This document shows positions 1 to 13,498 of a stretch of DNA of 64,000 nucleotides, piece after piece. The number at the start of each line of letters is the position of its first letter. Positions within the stretch are counted from its first letter, which is position 1. The notes under the pieces are model-generated. The model ran no database searches. It was not told where the DNA came from and worked only from the letters and a program-made list of their open reading frames with translations. A program made the position numbers and the translations under genes. Source of the stretch: Thermodesulfobacteriota bacterium (lineage in GTDB: Bacteria > Desulfobacterota > Thermodesulfobacteria > Thermodesulfobacteriales > Thermodesulfobacteriaceae); contig JAADEG010000008.1 in the NCBI GenBank assembly GCA_013153525.1, forward strand, positions 8,191 through 72,190, read 5' to 3'.

Positions 1-140
1 ATGTAGAAGGATTGCAGGTTTCAGCAAGTAAAGTTAGGGAGCTCGTAAAAAGAGGAAAGAGTATAAGATACTTGGTGCCAGAAGAGGTTAGACACTACAT
101 AAAAGAAAAAGGGCTTTACGCACAATGGGAACAAGAATAA
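1..140 (+). CDS. nadD: Nicotinate-nucleotide adenylyltransferase, C-terminal fragment (truncated by window edge)
   Basis: Frame 3 reads VSASKVRELVKRGKSIRYLVPEEVRHYIKEKGLY...*, matching the NadD C-terminal SS/ATxxR...SIRYLVP...YI...LY pattern; TAA at 138-140. Confidence 0.8.
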   Translation, partial: VEGLQVSASKVRELVKRGKSIRYLVPEEVRHYIKEKGLYAQWEQE

Positions 141-2704
141 AAAAAGACATAACCCCAATGTTTAAGCAATACTTTGAAATTAAGAGTAAGTATCCTGATG
201 CTATTTTGTTTTTCAGACTTGGAGACTTTTACGAGATGTTTTTTGAGGATGCCGAAACAGTTGCACCTCTTCTTGGATTGGTTCTTACAAAAAGAGAGGC
301 TGGGAAAGATTTTGTTGCTCCGATGTGTGGAGTTCCTGCTGAAAAAAGTGGATTTTATATTCAAAAACTCATTGACATGGGATTTAAAGTCGCAATTTGT
401 GAACAGGTTGAAGATCCTGCTCTTGCAAAAGGTTTGGTAAAAAGAGAAGTAGTTAAGATTTATACTCCAGGACTTGCAGTTGACCTTGAGGGCTTTTCAG
501 ACAGAGAAAAAAAGTTTCTCGCAAGCGTGTATCCAGGAAAAAAAGTGGGTCTTGCCTTTTTAGAGCTTTCCTGTGGGGAGTTTTTGTTTACAGAAGTAAA
601 AAAAGAGCTGTTTTTGTCTGAGCTTCTCAAAAAAGAACCAAAAGAAATAATCCTGGACGACTCTTACAAAGACTCTGAACTTAGCTCTTTTATAAAACAA
701 AATCTTCCAAGTGTTCACATCACTTTCGTTGAAAAGAACTTTTTTTCTCCTGAAGATTCTTTAAAGGAAAAACTAAAAGAGCACGAACATGGAGTTAAAG
801 CAGTTTCTGCAATTTACAAGTATGTAAGCCTTTACCAACCTTATCTTGCAGACAAAATTAGCGAACCTGTTTTTTACTTTCCTGAGGAGTTTTTGTTTCT
901 TGACGAGTCAACAAAGAGAAACCTTGAACTTTTAAGAAACTCCTGGGATGGAAGTGAAAAATTTTCTCTATTCTGGGTGCTTGACAAAACCAAAACTCCT
1001 ATGGGAGCAAGACTGCTTAAAGAATGGATTATTTATCCTCTAAGAGACATACAAAAGATTAAAAAAAGGCAAAGAGTCGTAAAGTTTTTCACGGAAAACT
1101 TTGAGATAAGAGAAGAGCTTGAAAAGGTTTTAAAAAGGCTGTCTGACCTTGAGAGAATAGGAGTTAAGTGCGGACTTGGAATAGCCAAACCCAAAGACCT
1201 TGCAATATTAAGAGAAAACTTAAGGATTCTTCCAGAAATAAAAAGCATTTTGGAGAAGACAAACTCCTTACCTGAGCTTTTGGAAGAGCTTTTAAGAAAA
1301 ATTAAAAACTTTGAAGAACTACTTGAACTTCTGGAAAAAACCCTTGTAGAAGACCCGCCTCAAAACTTAAAAGAAGGGGGAATAATAAAAGACGGAGTTG
1401 ATCCTGAGCTTGACGAACTCAGGGACATAAAAAAGCACGCAGAAGAATACCTTGCAAGACTTGAGGAAAAAGAAAAAAAGGCAACAGGCATTCCTACACT
1501 TAAAATTAAGTACAACAAGGTTTTTGGATACTACTTTGAGGTTTCAAAAAGTTACCTTCACCTGGTCCCTCCTTACTTCCAAAGGAAGCAGACTCTTGCA
1601 AATGCCGAAAGGTACTTTACTGCAGAGCTGAAAGAGCTTGAAAACAAAATTCTTTCTGCAGAAGAAAAAATGAATAACTTAGAGTACGAGCTTTTCGTAA
1701 AGCTAAGAGAAGAAGTAAGTAAGTATTCAGAGGCTATAAAGTTAAGTGCAAGGGCTATTGCTGAGCTTGATGTATTGATAGGATTTTCAGAGGTTGCAGA
1801 GGAAAACGAGTATGTAGAGCCTGAGCTCGTGGAAGAACCTTTACTTGTCGTAGAAGATGGCAGACATCCAGTAATAGAAAAAATACAGGGAAGGGAAAAC
1901 TTCGTTCCTAATTCTGTAGAATTAAACAAAGACTCTGCAATACTGCTCGTTATCACTGGTCCAAACATGGGAGGAAAATCTACTTACCTTAGACAGAACG
2001 CATTAATCGTTATTATGGCTCAGATGGGATGTTTCGTTCCTGCAAGTAGTGCAAAAGTAGGAATTTTTGACAGGATTTTTAGCAGGGTGGGAGCAGGAGA
2101 CGAGCTCGTAAGAGGTAAGAGCACTTTTATGGTTGAGATGAGTGAGTGTGCTTATATTCTTAAAAACGCTACTGAAAGAAGCTTGGTAATTCTTGACGAA
2201 GTAGGTAGAGGAACGAGTACCTACGACGGAATGGCTATTGCGTGGGCTATTGCAGAAGAACTTTACGAGAAAAAAGTTTTTACTCTTCTTGCAACGCACT
2301 ACTTTGAATTAACAGAGCTTGCCAAGCTTTACTCAGGAATAAAAAACTATCATGTAGAAGTTAAAGAGTGGCAAGACGAAATCGTATTTCTTTACAAAGT
2401 GGTTGAAGGCTCTGCAAATCAGTCTTATGGAATTGAAGTTGCAAAACTTGCAGGAATTCCTAAAAAGGTGGTTGACAGAGCTAAGGAAATACTTTATAAA
2501 TTAGAAAGAAAAAATTTAAAAGGTGGAGCAGAATTAAAGCTGGGACCAAAAACAAAAGCTGCCCAGCTCTCTATATTTGATACAGAGCATCCAATTTTAC
2601 AAAAAATAAAAACACTTAACCTTGAAGAAATGACGCCTATTTCTGCCTTAAATCTCCTGTGGGAGTTTAAACAAAGCCTTGTTTCACAAAACAAAAAGGC
2701 ATAG
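125..2704 (+). CDS. mutS: DNA mismatch repair protein MutS
   Basis: TPMFKQY, FFRLGDFYEMF mismatch-binding motif, Walker A GPNMGGKST, DEVGRGTS, SYGIEVAKLAG. Confidence 0.98.
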   Translation: MGTRIKKDITPMFKQYFEIKSKYPDAILFFRLGDFYEMFFEDAETVAPLLGLVLTKREAGKDFVAPMCGVPAEKSGFYIQKLIDMGFKVAICEQVEDPALAKGLVKREVVKIYTPGLAVDLEGFSDREKKFLASVYPGKKVGLAFLELSCGEFLFTEVKKELFLSELLKKEPKEIILDDSYKDSELSSFIKQNLPSVHITFVEKNFFSPEDSLKEKLKEHEHGVKAVSAIYKYVSLYQPYLADKISEPVFYFPEEFLFLDESTKRNLELLRNSWDGSEKFSLFWVLDKTKTPMGARLLKEWIIYPLRDIQKIKKRQRVVKFFTENFEIREELEKVLKRLSDLERIGVKCGLGIAKPKDLAILRENLRILPEIKSILEKTNSLPELLEELLRKIKNFEELLELLEKTLVEDPPQNLKEGGIIKDGVDPELDELRDIKKHAEEYLARLEEKEKKATGIPTLKIKYNKVFGYYFEVSKSYLHLVPPYFQRKQTLANAERYFTAELKELENKILSAEEKMNNLEYELFVKLREEVSKYSEAIKLSARAIAELDVLIGFSEVAEENEYVEPELVEEPLLVVEDGRHPVIEKIQGRENFVPNSVELNKDSAILLVITGPNMGGKSTYLRQNALIVIMAQMGCFVPASSAKVGIFDRIFSRVGAGDELVRGKSTFMVEMSECAYILKNATERSLVILDEVGRGTSTYDGMAIAWAIAEELYEKKVFTLLATHYFELTELAKLYSGIKNYHVEVKEWQDEIVFLYKVVEGSANQSYGIEVAKLAGIPKKVVDRAKEILYKLERKNLKGGAELKLGPKTKAAQLSIFDTEHPILQKIKTLNLEEMTPISALNLLWEFKQSLVSQNKKA

Positions 2705-2707
2705 CAA

Positions 2708-4690
2708 ATGAAAAAGTTAACCTCTCTTTTTATAATTTTCTTAGGGATTTTTTTTGTTTTAATCCTAAACACATACCCTGTTCTCTCAACAACCTACATT
2801 TACTACAGGGTAAAAAGAGGGGATAGCTTAATAAAAATTGCTAAAAAGTTTGGCGTAAGTGTTGAGGAAATTAAGAAGCTAAATCACTTGAGAAGAAATA
2901 GAATTTATGTTGGACAAAGATTAAAAATTAAAGCTAAGGTCGTAAAAAAGGAAAAAGCTCAAGCACTTCCAAAAGGTACTCAACACACTCGCTACATCTA
3001 TCACATCGTAAGAAGAGGTGATACCTTAGCTAAAATCGCTAAAAAGTATGGTGTCTCTATTTGGGAAATAAAAAGAATGAATCACATAAGAGGTAATAGA
3101 ATCTATGTGGGAGAGAGGCTTTTAATAAAAAAGATTGCCGTGTTTAAAGTGCAAAACAAAGTAGTTCTTCCAAAAAAGTCTGAGGTTGAAAAACGATTTG
3201 ACGAGTTGGAAACTAAATACAAAAGCTGTATTGGAAGTAGCAAGTGTGACGAAAAGGATTGGTTGTCACTTATAGAGGATTACAGAAGACTTTACCTACT
3301 TCACCCAGATACTAAGATAGCTCCAAAAGCTATTTTAAGAGTTGCAGAAATATACTACAGACTTTACAAAAATACTAACGACTTTACTTATCTAAACAAA
3401 GCGATCAAAAAGTATCAGCTTTTAATAAACGACTTCTCAAAAGCTCCTGAAACAGAGATTGCTTATGCTCAGCTTATAAGAATTTACAGAAAAGACTTAA
3501 AAGACTTTAAAACTGCTGAAGACCTGAGAAGAAGTTTTCAGAAAAAGTACTTTGGTAAAACCTTAGTGACTAAAAAACCAGCTTTACAAAGACCGATTTT
3601 AAAACTTAAAAAAGTCGTAGATGTAGAACCAGTAACTGGTGAGGACTATAGCAGAATAATTATTGATGTCTCTGGAGACTTTCAATACAAGGCAGATGTC
3701 TTAAAAGGTGATTCAAAGCATCCACCGAGAATATATGTTGACATCTTTCCTGCAACCTTGTCTTCTACTGTTCCAAGAGAAATAGACATAAAAGATTCAC
3801 ACCTTGAAAAAATAAGAGTTGGGCAATTTAACAAGAATACCGTAAGAGTCGTTCTTGACTTAAAAAGTCTTACTTCTTACAAAATTTTTAAGTTGAAAAA
3901 TCCGTATCAGCTTATTTTAGATCTTACTGGAAAAGAGAAAAAGCCAGCCAAGGGATACATAAATCTTGCAAGACAGCTTGGGCTTGGAATAAAGACCATA
4001 GTCATAGATCCTGGACACGGAGGAAAAGACTCAGGAGCTATTGGACCTGATGGTTTAAAAGAAAAGGATGTAGTGTTAAAAATAGCCAAAATGGTTAAAA
4101 AACTCCTTGAAAAGAGGTTTCATGTAAGGGTTATTCTTACGAGAAACAGGGACAAGTTCGTGCCACTTGTTCAAAGACCAGCAATAGCAAACAGCAAAAA
4201 GGCTGACCTTTTTATTTCAATCCATGTAAATGCCTCTCCTGACAAACACGCACGGGGAATAGAAACATATTACTTAAACTTTACCACGGATCCTGAAGCT
4301 ATGAGAGTTGCAGCACTTGAAAACGCAGTTTCAAACAAAGGATTAAGTGACTTACAGAGCCTGGTTAAGGCTATTCTTGCAAATACCAAACTTTCAGAAT
4401 CAAGGTTTCTTGCAGAAAAAATACAGCACGCACTCGTTAAAACCCTATCAAAAGTGTATCCAGACACCGTTGACAGAGGAGTAAAGTACGCCCCGTTTCT
4501 GGTTCTCGTAGGAACGAGAATGCCTGCGGTTCTGGTTGAAGTCTCTTTTATTACAAATCCTATTGAAGAAAAAAGACTTCACTCTCAAAAGTACTTAAAG
4601 CTCATTGCAGAAGGTATAGTTCAGGGAATAAGTGATTACATTCAGAGTCTCAAGTCCATGAAACACAAGTTTTATGAAGAAAAAAAGTAA
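2708..4690 (+). CDS. N-acetylmuramoyl-L-alanine amidase (signal/TM, 2x LysM, TPR-like, AMIN, Amidase_3)
   Basis: Two YxVKRGD(S/T)LxKIAKK(F/Y)GVS LysM repeats; RVGQFNKNTVRVVLDL AMIN; IDPGHGG, SIHVN, LVEVSF amidase motifs. Confidence 0.92.
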   Translation: MKKLTSLFIIFLGIFFVLILNTYPVLSTTYIYYRVKRGDSLIKIAKKFGVSVEEIKKLNHLRRNRIYVGQRLKIKAKVVKKEKAQALPKGTQHTRYIYHIVRRGDTLAKIAKKYGVSIWEIKRMNHIRGNRIYVGERLLIKKIAVFKVQNKVVLPKKSEVEKRFDELETKYKSCIGSSKCDEKDWLSLIEDYRRLYLLHPDTKIAPKAILRVAEIYYRLYKNTNDFTYLNKAIKKYQLLINDFSKAPETEIAYAQLIRIYRKDLKDFKTAEDLRRSFQKKYFGKTLVTKKPALQRPILKLKKVVDVEPVTGEDYSRIIIDVSGDFQYKADVLKGDSKHPPRIYVDIFPATLSSTVPREIDIKDSHLEKIRVGQFNKNTVRVVLDLKSLTSYKIFKLKNPYQLILDLTGKEKKPAKGYINLARQLGLGIKTIVIDPGHGGKDSGAIGPDGLKEKDVVLKIAKMVKKLLEKRFHVRVILTRNRDKFVPLVQRPAIANSKKADLFISIHVNASPDKHARGIETYYLNFTTDPEAMRVAALENAVSNKGLSDLQSLVKAILANTKLSESRFLAEKIQHALVKTLSKVYPDTVDRGVKYAPFLVLVGTRMPAVLVEVSFITNPIEEKRLHSQKYLKLIAEGIVQGISDYIQSLKSMKHKFYEEKK

Positions 4691-5850
4691 AGTCCTTTTT
4701 GGAATAGACAAATTCTTAAAAGAAAAGGCATACGAAAGGTTTTTCTCTCAAAGAGTGGCTCTTTTGTGTAATCAGGCTTCAGTAACTGAAGACCTTGTTC
4801 CCAGCTATGTGATATTTAAAGAGCTCTTTGGCAAAAACTTTTGTTTTATTTTTTCACCGCAACACGGACTTTTTGCTGAGAAACAGGCAAACATGGTTTT
4901 TTCTGAGGACACAATAGAGCCTTTAACGCAAACCAAGGTCGTAAGTCTTTATGGACCAAGGCTTTCTCCAGAAAAAGCTCAGCTTTATGAGGTGGATGTG
5001 GTTTTCGTAGATCTTCAGGAGGTTGGATGTAGAGTCTATACCTACATTTGGACCCTGTTTTTACTTATGAAGGCTTGCGAAGAGTGTAACAAAAAAGTCG
5101 TTATACTTGACAGACCAAATCCAATTGGAGGCAAAGTAGAAGGACCTTTACTTGAAGAGAAGTACTCTTCTTTCGTAGGCTTAGATGTGCTTCCAATGAG
5201 ACACGGGCTTACTTTGGGAGAACTTGCTCTACTATTTAAAAAAAGACACTTTAAAAAACTTGAGCTTGAAGTAATTAAGCTTGAAAATTACTCTAAAAAA
5301 TTGCTGTGGGAGGACATAAAAAGACCTTGGATTTTTCCTTCTCCTAATCTTCCAATGTGGGAGTCAGCACTCGTTTATCCTGGAATGGTACTTCTTGAGG
5401 GTACGAACCTTTCTGAGGCAAGAGGAACTACCCTTCCGTTTTTAATGTTTGGAGCTCCTTACATTGACTTAAAAAGGTGTATTACGATTTTTAAAAAGGC
5501 AAAAATTGAGGAGAAGTTTGGAGTGGTTTTAAAACCCGTGTGTTTTGAGCCGATGTACGATAAGTGGAAAGGTATCCCTTGTAAAGGATTTCAAATTTTT
5601 GTTAAAAATTTTAAGACCTTTAAACCTGTAATTTTTGCATTAACTTTAATAAAATTAGTTAAAGAAAACTTTGATGAGTTTGAATTTTTACCACCTCCTT
5701 ATGAGTTTGAGAGAAAAAAATTACCTATAGAAATACTCGTAGGAAACGAAAAGGTTTTAAACTGGCTTTATGGAGAAGAGTTTGACCTTGAAGAGTATTT
5801 GGAGTATAATTTAAAAAATTTCAGGGAAGAAGTAAAAGACTGTCTGCTTT

Positions 5851-5861
<11 letters not shown>
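4674..5861 (+). CDS. DUF1343 / NamZ-family exo-beta-N-acetylmuramidase
   Basis: FSPQHG, SLYG, DLQEVGCRVYTY, LDRPNPIG, PMRHGLTLGELA, PSPNLP, EGTNLSEARGT motifs. Confidence 0.88.
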
Positions 5862-9030
<3,169 letters not shown>

Positions 9031-9044
9031 ACCTTAACAAGGGG

Positions 9045-12000
9045 GTGGTTTTACTTATGCCTGAATTCGTTCACCTTCACCTTCACACAGAATGGAGTTT
9101 GCTTGACGGAGCAATAAGAATTTCAGACCTCGTAAACAGACTCGTAGATTACAAAATGCCTGGTTGTGCAATAACAGATCACGGAACATTATACGGAATA
9201 GTTCACTTTTATAAAAAACTAAAAGACGCTGAACTTAAGCCTATCTTAGGTTGTGAGTTTTATGTAGCTGAGGGATCAAGATTTGACAGAAAGGCTTCAA
9301 AAAGAGGAGAAGCAGGGACTCACTTGGTGTTGCTTGCAAAAAACGAAGAGGGTTACAGAAATCTTTTAGTGCTCGCAAGCAAGGCTTTTCTTGAGGGATT
9401 TTACTACAGACCAAGGATAGATAAGGAGCTTCTTCTTAAGCATCACGACGGTTTAATAGCTATGTCAGCCTGTCTTGAAGGAGAAATCCCTCGTCTGATT
9501 CTAAATGGAAATATTAAAAAGGCAAAAGAAGTTGCTAAGTGGTACAAGGATCTTTTTGGAGACGACTTTTACTTAGAGCTTCAGAGAAACGACATAAAAG
9601 AACAAGAGCAGGTAAACAGCGTGCTTCTTGAAATTGCAGAGGATCTTGGAATAAAGTGCGTTGCTACTGCTGATTGTCATTACTTAGACAAAGAAGACGC
9701 CCTTGCTCACGAAGTTCTGCTTTGCATTCAGACAGGACACAAGCTTTCTGATCCTGACAGGTTTAGATTTAACACAGACAAGCTTTATCTTGCAACCCAG
9801 GAAGAAATGGCAGAAAGGTTTGCTGATTTATGTCCTGAGGCTGTTGAAAACACGATGGAAGTCTTTGAAAAGGTTAATTTTGAGCTTAAAACTGGTGAGG
9901 TACTCTTTCCAAAGGCAAAAATTCCTCCTGGTGAAACAGCAGAAAGTTACTTTGCCAAAAAGGCAAGAGAGGGACTTAAAAAAAGGCTTGAAGAGCTTAA
10001 GAAAAAAGGAGAGCTTTTTACTACAGAAGAAAACTATTGGGAAAGGCTTGAGTACGAGCTTGAGGTAATAATTGAAAAGGGATACGCAAGTTACTTCTTA
10101 ATAGTGTCTGACTTTATTGACTGGGCAAGATCCAGAGGAATACCCGTGGGACCTGGCAGAGGTTCAGCAGCAGGTGCCCTGACCTCCTACGCCCTTGGAA
10201 TTACGAATTTAGATCCCATTCGCTGGGGACTTCTTTTTGAAAGATTCCTTAATAGAGAAAGACCAAGTCTGCCTGACATAGATGTGGACTTTTGTATGGA
10301 GAGAAGAGACGAGGTTATTGAGTATGTAGCAAAAACTTACGGAAGAGAATACATAGCTAAGATCGCAACTTTTGGACAGCTTAAGGCAAGACAGGTGGTA
10401 AGAGATGTTGGAAGGGTGCTTGGATTTAAACCCAAAGAAATAGATCCTATTGCCAAAATGATAAGCCCTGGAGTTGATGTAAGCCTTGAAGAAGAGCTTA
10501 AAAGACCTGAATTTCAGGAACTTGCAGAAAAGAACGAAAGAATCAAACAGCTATTTGAACTTGCCAGAAAGCTTGAAAAACTTCCAAGACACGCAAGTCA
10601 GCACGCAGCAGGAGTAATTATATCTGGTAAACCCATTATTGAAGTTGCTCCACTTATGAAAGGAGACGAGGGAGAAGTCCTGGTTCAGTTTGACATGAAG
10701 GCTTGTGAAGAGGTTGGATTAATAAAGTTTGACTTCCTTGGACTAAAAACTTTAACAATTATAGACAATACTCTTAAGCTTATAAAAAAGTACGAAGGTA
10801 TTGACCTTGACTTAAATCAGATTCCCCTTGACGACGAAAAGACCTTTGAGCTTTTGAGAAGAGGAGAAACAGACGGAGTGTTCCAACTTGAATCTTCTGG
10901 AATGAAAGATTTATTGAGAAGACTCAAACCTTCAGACTTTAACGATTTAATAGCAGTGCTTGCGCTCTACAGACCAGGACCTCTTGAAAGTGGACTCGTG
11001 GATCAATACATTGAAACAAAACACGGAAAAAGAGAGCCAGAATACCTTCATCCTCTTCTTGAACCTATATTAAAAGAGACTTACGGAGTGATAGTTTATC
11101 AGGAACAGGTAATGGAAATTGGAAGAGCTTTTGCTGGATACACCCTTGGAGAGGCAGATCTTTTAAGAAGAGCAGTTGGAAAAAAAGACAAAGAATTAAT
11201 GGAAAGCTTAAAAGGTGAATTCGTAGCAAGATCTGTAGAAAGGGGAATTCCAGAGGACATCGCTAAAAAGGTGTTTGACCTCATAGAAAAGTTTGCAAGA
11301 TACGGATTCAACAAGAGTCATTCTGCAGCTTACGCACTGGTTGCCTTTCAGACTGCTTACTTAAAAGCTCACTATCCCATTTACTTTATGGCTTCAATCC
11401 TTACATACGAAGCAAACAAAAGCGAAGAAGTTAGTAAGTATCTTTCTGTTTGTAGTGAAATGGGAATTAGAATCTTGCCTCCAGACATAAATAAAAGTGA
11501 AGCAGGATTTTCTATAGAAAACGGATGCATAAGAATTGGGCTTCAGGCAATAAAAAATGTAGGAGAAGAAGCAGTATATGAAATAATTAAAAAGCGTCCT
11601 TACAAGAACTTCGTTGACTTTTGTCAAAAAGTAGATACCAAGAAAGTAAACAAAAAAACCATAGAAGCACTTATAAAAGCTGGAGCTTTTGATTCTCTTG
11701 AACCAAACAGAGCCAAACTTATTCACAACCTACCCTCCATCCTTTCAGTTTCCATGCAGTCTAAGTTTTCCTCTTTGTTTGGGCAGGCAAGCCTGCTTAA
11801 TGTTGCCTCAACCTTTAACTTAGAGGATGTTCCTGAGTGGAGCCTTGAGGAAAAACTTAACTTTGAAAAAGAAGCTCTTGGATTTTTCCTAACGGATCAT
11901 CCTCTAAAAAAGTACAGACCCTGGATACAAGCCTTTACCAAGGTTGACCTGGAGAACATAAAACACCTTCAGGACGGAAGTAAAGCACTTTTAGTAGCTC

Positions 12001-12470
12001 TTGTGTCTGAAATAAAACTTAAAAGCACGAGAACTGGAGATAAAATGGCTATTTTAAAGCTTGAAGACGAAAATTCCCATGTAAAAGCCATAGTTTTTCC
12101 AGACTTATTAAAGCAAAAGATGTCAATTCTTAAAGAAGGAAACATGCTCTGGTTTAAAGTTGAAGTAGATAAAGAGGAGGAAAACATAACCCTTATAACA
12201 GAGGATGTATTTGAGATACAGGATGTTAAAAAACTCCAGCCTGAGAGCGTAGAATTAATCATTCCAGCAGAGGAGGTAAACGAAGAAAACCTCAGCTACT
12301 TAAAAGACTTCTTTAGCAAAGACGAAGGAATACCAGTTAAACTCGGAGTAAAGTATCCGGATTGTATAGTTGGGTTTGAACTAAACGGATACAGAATAGA
12401 TCCTGGATTTGATAGCTTAAGTTTTATTTTAAATGCCTTAAAAGGTATTGACATCCGAGTTAAACTGTAG
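9045..12470 (+). CDS. dnaE: DNA polymerase III alpha subunit
   Basis: PHP FVHLHLHT, GPGRGSAAG, PDIDVDF, KFDFLGL, FNKSHS; start could be ATG 9057; no intein evident. Confidence 0.98.
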   Translation: MVLLMPEFVHLHLHTEWSLLDGAIRISDLVNRLVDYKMPGCAITDHGTLYGIVHFYKKLKDAELKPILGCEFYVAEGSRFDRKASKRGEAGTHLVLLAKNEEGYRNLLVLASKAFLEGFYYRPRIDKELLLKHHDGLIAMSACLEGEIPRLILNGNIKKAKEVAKWYKDLFGDDFYLELQRNDIKEQEQVNSVLLEIAEDLGIKCVATADCHYLDKEDALAHEVLLCIQTGHKLSDPDRFRFNTDKLYLATQEEMAERFADLCPEAVENTMEVFEKVNFELKTGEVLFPKAKIPPGETAESYFAKKAREGLKKRLEELKKKGELFTTEENYWERLEYELEVIIEKGYASYFLIVSDFIDWARSRGIPVGPGRGSAAGALTSYALGITNLDPIRWGLLFERFLNRERPSLPDIDVDFCMERRDEVIEYVAKTYGREYIAKIATFGQLKARQVVRDVGRVLGFKPKEIDPIAKMISPGVDVSLEEELKRPEFQELAEKNERIKQLFELARKLEKLPRHASQHAAGVIISGKPIIEVAPLMKGDEGEVLVQFDMKACEEVGLIKFDFLGLKTLTIIDNTLKLIKKYEGIDLDLNQIPLDDEKTFELLRRGETDGVFQLESSGMKDLLRRLKPSDFNDLIAVLALYRPGPLESGLVDQYIETKHGKREPEYLHPLLEPILKETYGVIVYQEQVMEIGRAFAGYTLGEADLLRRAVGKKDKELMESLKGEFVARSVERGIPEDIAKKVFDLIEKFARYGFNKSHSAAYALVAFQTAYLKAHYPIYFMASILTYEANKSEEVSKYLSVCSEMGIRILPPDINKSEAGFSIENGCIRIGLQAIKNVGEEAVYEIIKKRPYKNFVDFCQKVDTKKVNKKTIEALIKAGAFDSLEPNRAKLIHNLPSILSVSMQSKFSSLFGQASLLNVASTFNLEDVPEWSLEEKLNFEKEALGFFLTDHPLKKYRPWIQAFTKVDLENIKHLQDGSKALLVALVSEIKLKSTRTGDKMAILKLEDENSHVKAIVFPDLLKQKMSILKEGNMLWFKVEVDKEEENITLITEDVFEIQDVKKLQPESVELIIPAEEVNEENLSYLKDFFSKDEGIPVKLGVKYPDCIVGFELNGYRIDPGFDSLSFILNALKGIDIRVKL

Positions 12471-12494
12471 TTACTTAGAAATTAAGGAGCTTTT

Positions 12495-12522
12495 TTGAAA
12501 TTTTATAAAATTTTGGTATATT
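12495..12522 (+). promoter_or_regulatory. Putative sigma-70 promoter
   Basis: TTGAAA-16 nt-TATATT with TG extension upstream of the GGAGG/ATG at 12562. Confidence 0.45.
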
Positions 12523-12561
12523 TTAGTCTTGTCCGATTTTTTCAATTTCGGAGGAAATCTA

Positions 12562-13185
12562 ATGGCAAGGAATGTTGAGGTGGAGCTTGATGAGATAAAG
12601 GCTATTATAAAAGAAGTCTGGCAAATGTGGAAGGAAACTGATCGGAGAATGGAGAAAATGTGGAAGGAGACTGACAAAAGGTTTAAGGAGACAGATGAAA
12701 AGTTTAAAGAAACAGGAGAAGAGATAAAAAAACTTAGCAAAGAAATAAACAAGGTGCTTGGGTTGTTTACGAGTCAGTGGGGAAAGCTGGTTGAGGCTCT
12801 TGTTGAACCAGGTTCTGTCAAACTCTTTAACGAAAGAGGTATAAAGGTTAATAGGTCTGCAAGAAGAATTAAGGTAAAAGACGAAGACGGAAACGAATTA
12901 ATGGAAATTGATGCCCTCCTTGAAAACGATAACGAAGCAGTTGTTATTGAGGCTAAAACCCAGGTTAAGGTTGAGGATGTTAAAAAATTTTTTGAGAAAT
13001 TGAGTAACTTCAAAAAACTCTTTCCAAAGTACAAAGATACCAGAGTTTATGGAGCTATTGCTGGAATTGACTTTGAGGAAGGAGCTAATAGATTTGCATA
13101 CAAAAATGGTCTTTTCGTCTTAAAGTTTAAAGAAGGTGTAGTTAAAATTGCTAACGACGAAAATTTCACACCTAAAACCTGGTAG
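12562..13185 (+). CDS. Coiled-coil repeat protein with C-terminal PD-(D/E)XK nuclease-like domain (DUF3782-like)
   Basis: KETD-type repeats followed by WGKLVE...EID...IEAK motif; start moved to ATG 12562 following GGAGG. Confidence 0.7.
   Translation: MARNVEVELDEIKAIIKEVWQMWKETDRRMEKMWKETDKRFKETDEKFKETGEEIKKLSKEINKVLGLFTSQWGKLVEALVEPGSVKLFNERGIKVNRSARRIKVKDEDGNELMEIDALLENDNEAVVIEAKTQVKVEDVKKFFEKLSNFKKLFPKYKDTRVYGAIAGIDFEEGANRFAYKNGLFVLKFKEGVVKIANDENFTPKTW
12625..12716 (+). repeat. Imperfect in-frame tandem repeats encoding KET(D/G) coiled-coil units
   Basis: ATGTGGAAGGA(A/G)ACTGA twice, 33 bp apart, then ~21-bp TTTAA(G/A)GA(G/A)ACAG units. Confidence 0.65.
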
Positions 13186-13196
13186 GAGGTGATAGG

Positions 13197-13442
13197 ATGA
13201 GGCTTCTCGTTAAGGTTGGAGAGGACAAAAAGTGGTGCACTGGAAATACTGTTAAAGCTTTTAAGGAATTTTTAGAAACTGTAGAAGGAAAGGACTTTAA
13301 AGTATTAACTATTTTTTACGATGGAAAAAAAGAAAAGAGAAGGTTTAAAAGAGAGGTAAGAAAGGCTGGAGGTGACATAGTAAAGGCTGCGAAGAATTAT
13401 CTTGCCTGGTGGGAAAAGATACAAAGTCGCAGGGCAAATTAG
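13197..13442 (+). CDS. Small basic hypothetical protein (81 aa)
   Basis: Strong RBS AGGAGGTGA overlapping upstream stop; host-like codon use; no family recognised. Confidence 0.7.
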   Translation: MRLLVKVGEDKKWCTGNTVKAFKEFLETVEGKDFKVLTIFYDGKKEKRRFKREVRKAGGDIVKAAKNYLAWWEKIQSRRAN

Positions 13443-13498
13443 TGGACCGTTTTCGTTTTTTGTGGTATAGTGAGAAAAATACGAGAGGCGGGAGATAA

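Noticed and set aside
9045-12470. Possible intein in DnaE
   Set aside because: Length is typical and no splice-junction or endonuclease insertion is visible.
12625-12716. Possible CRISPR-like direct repeats
   Set aside because: The repeats are short, in frame, degenerate at third codon positions and lack unique spacers; they are protein repeats.
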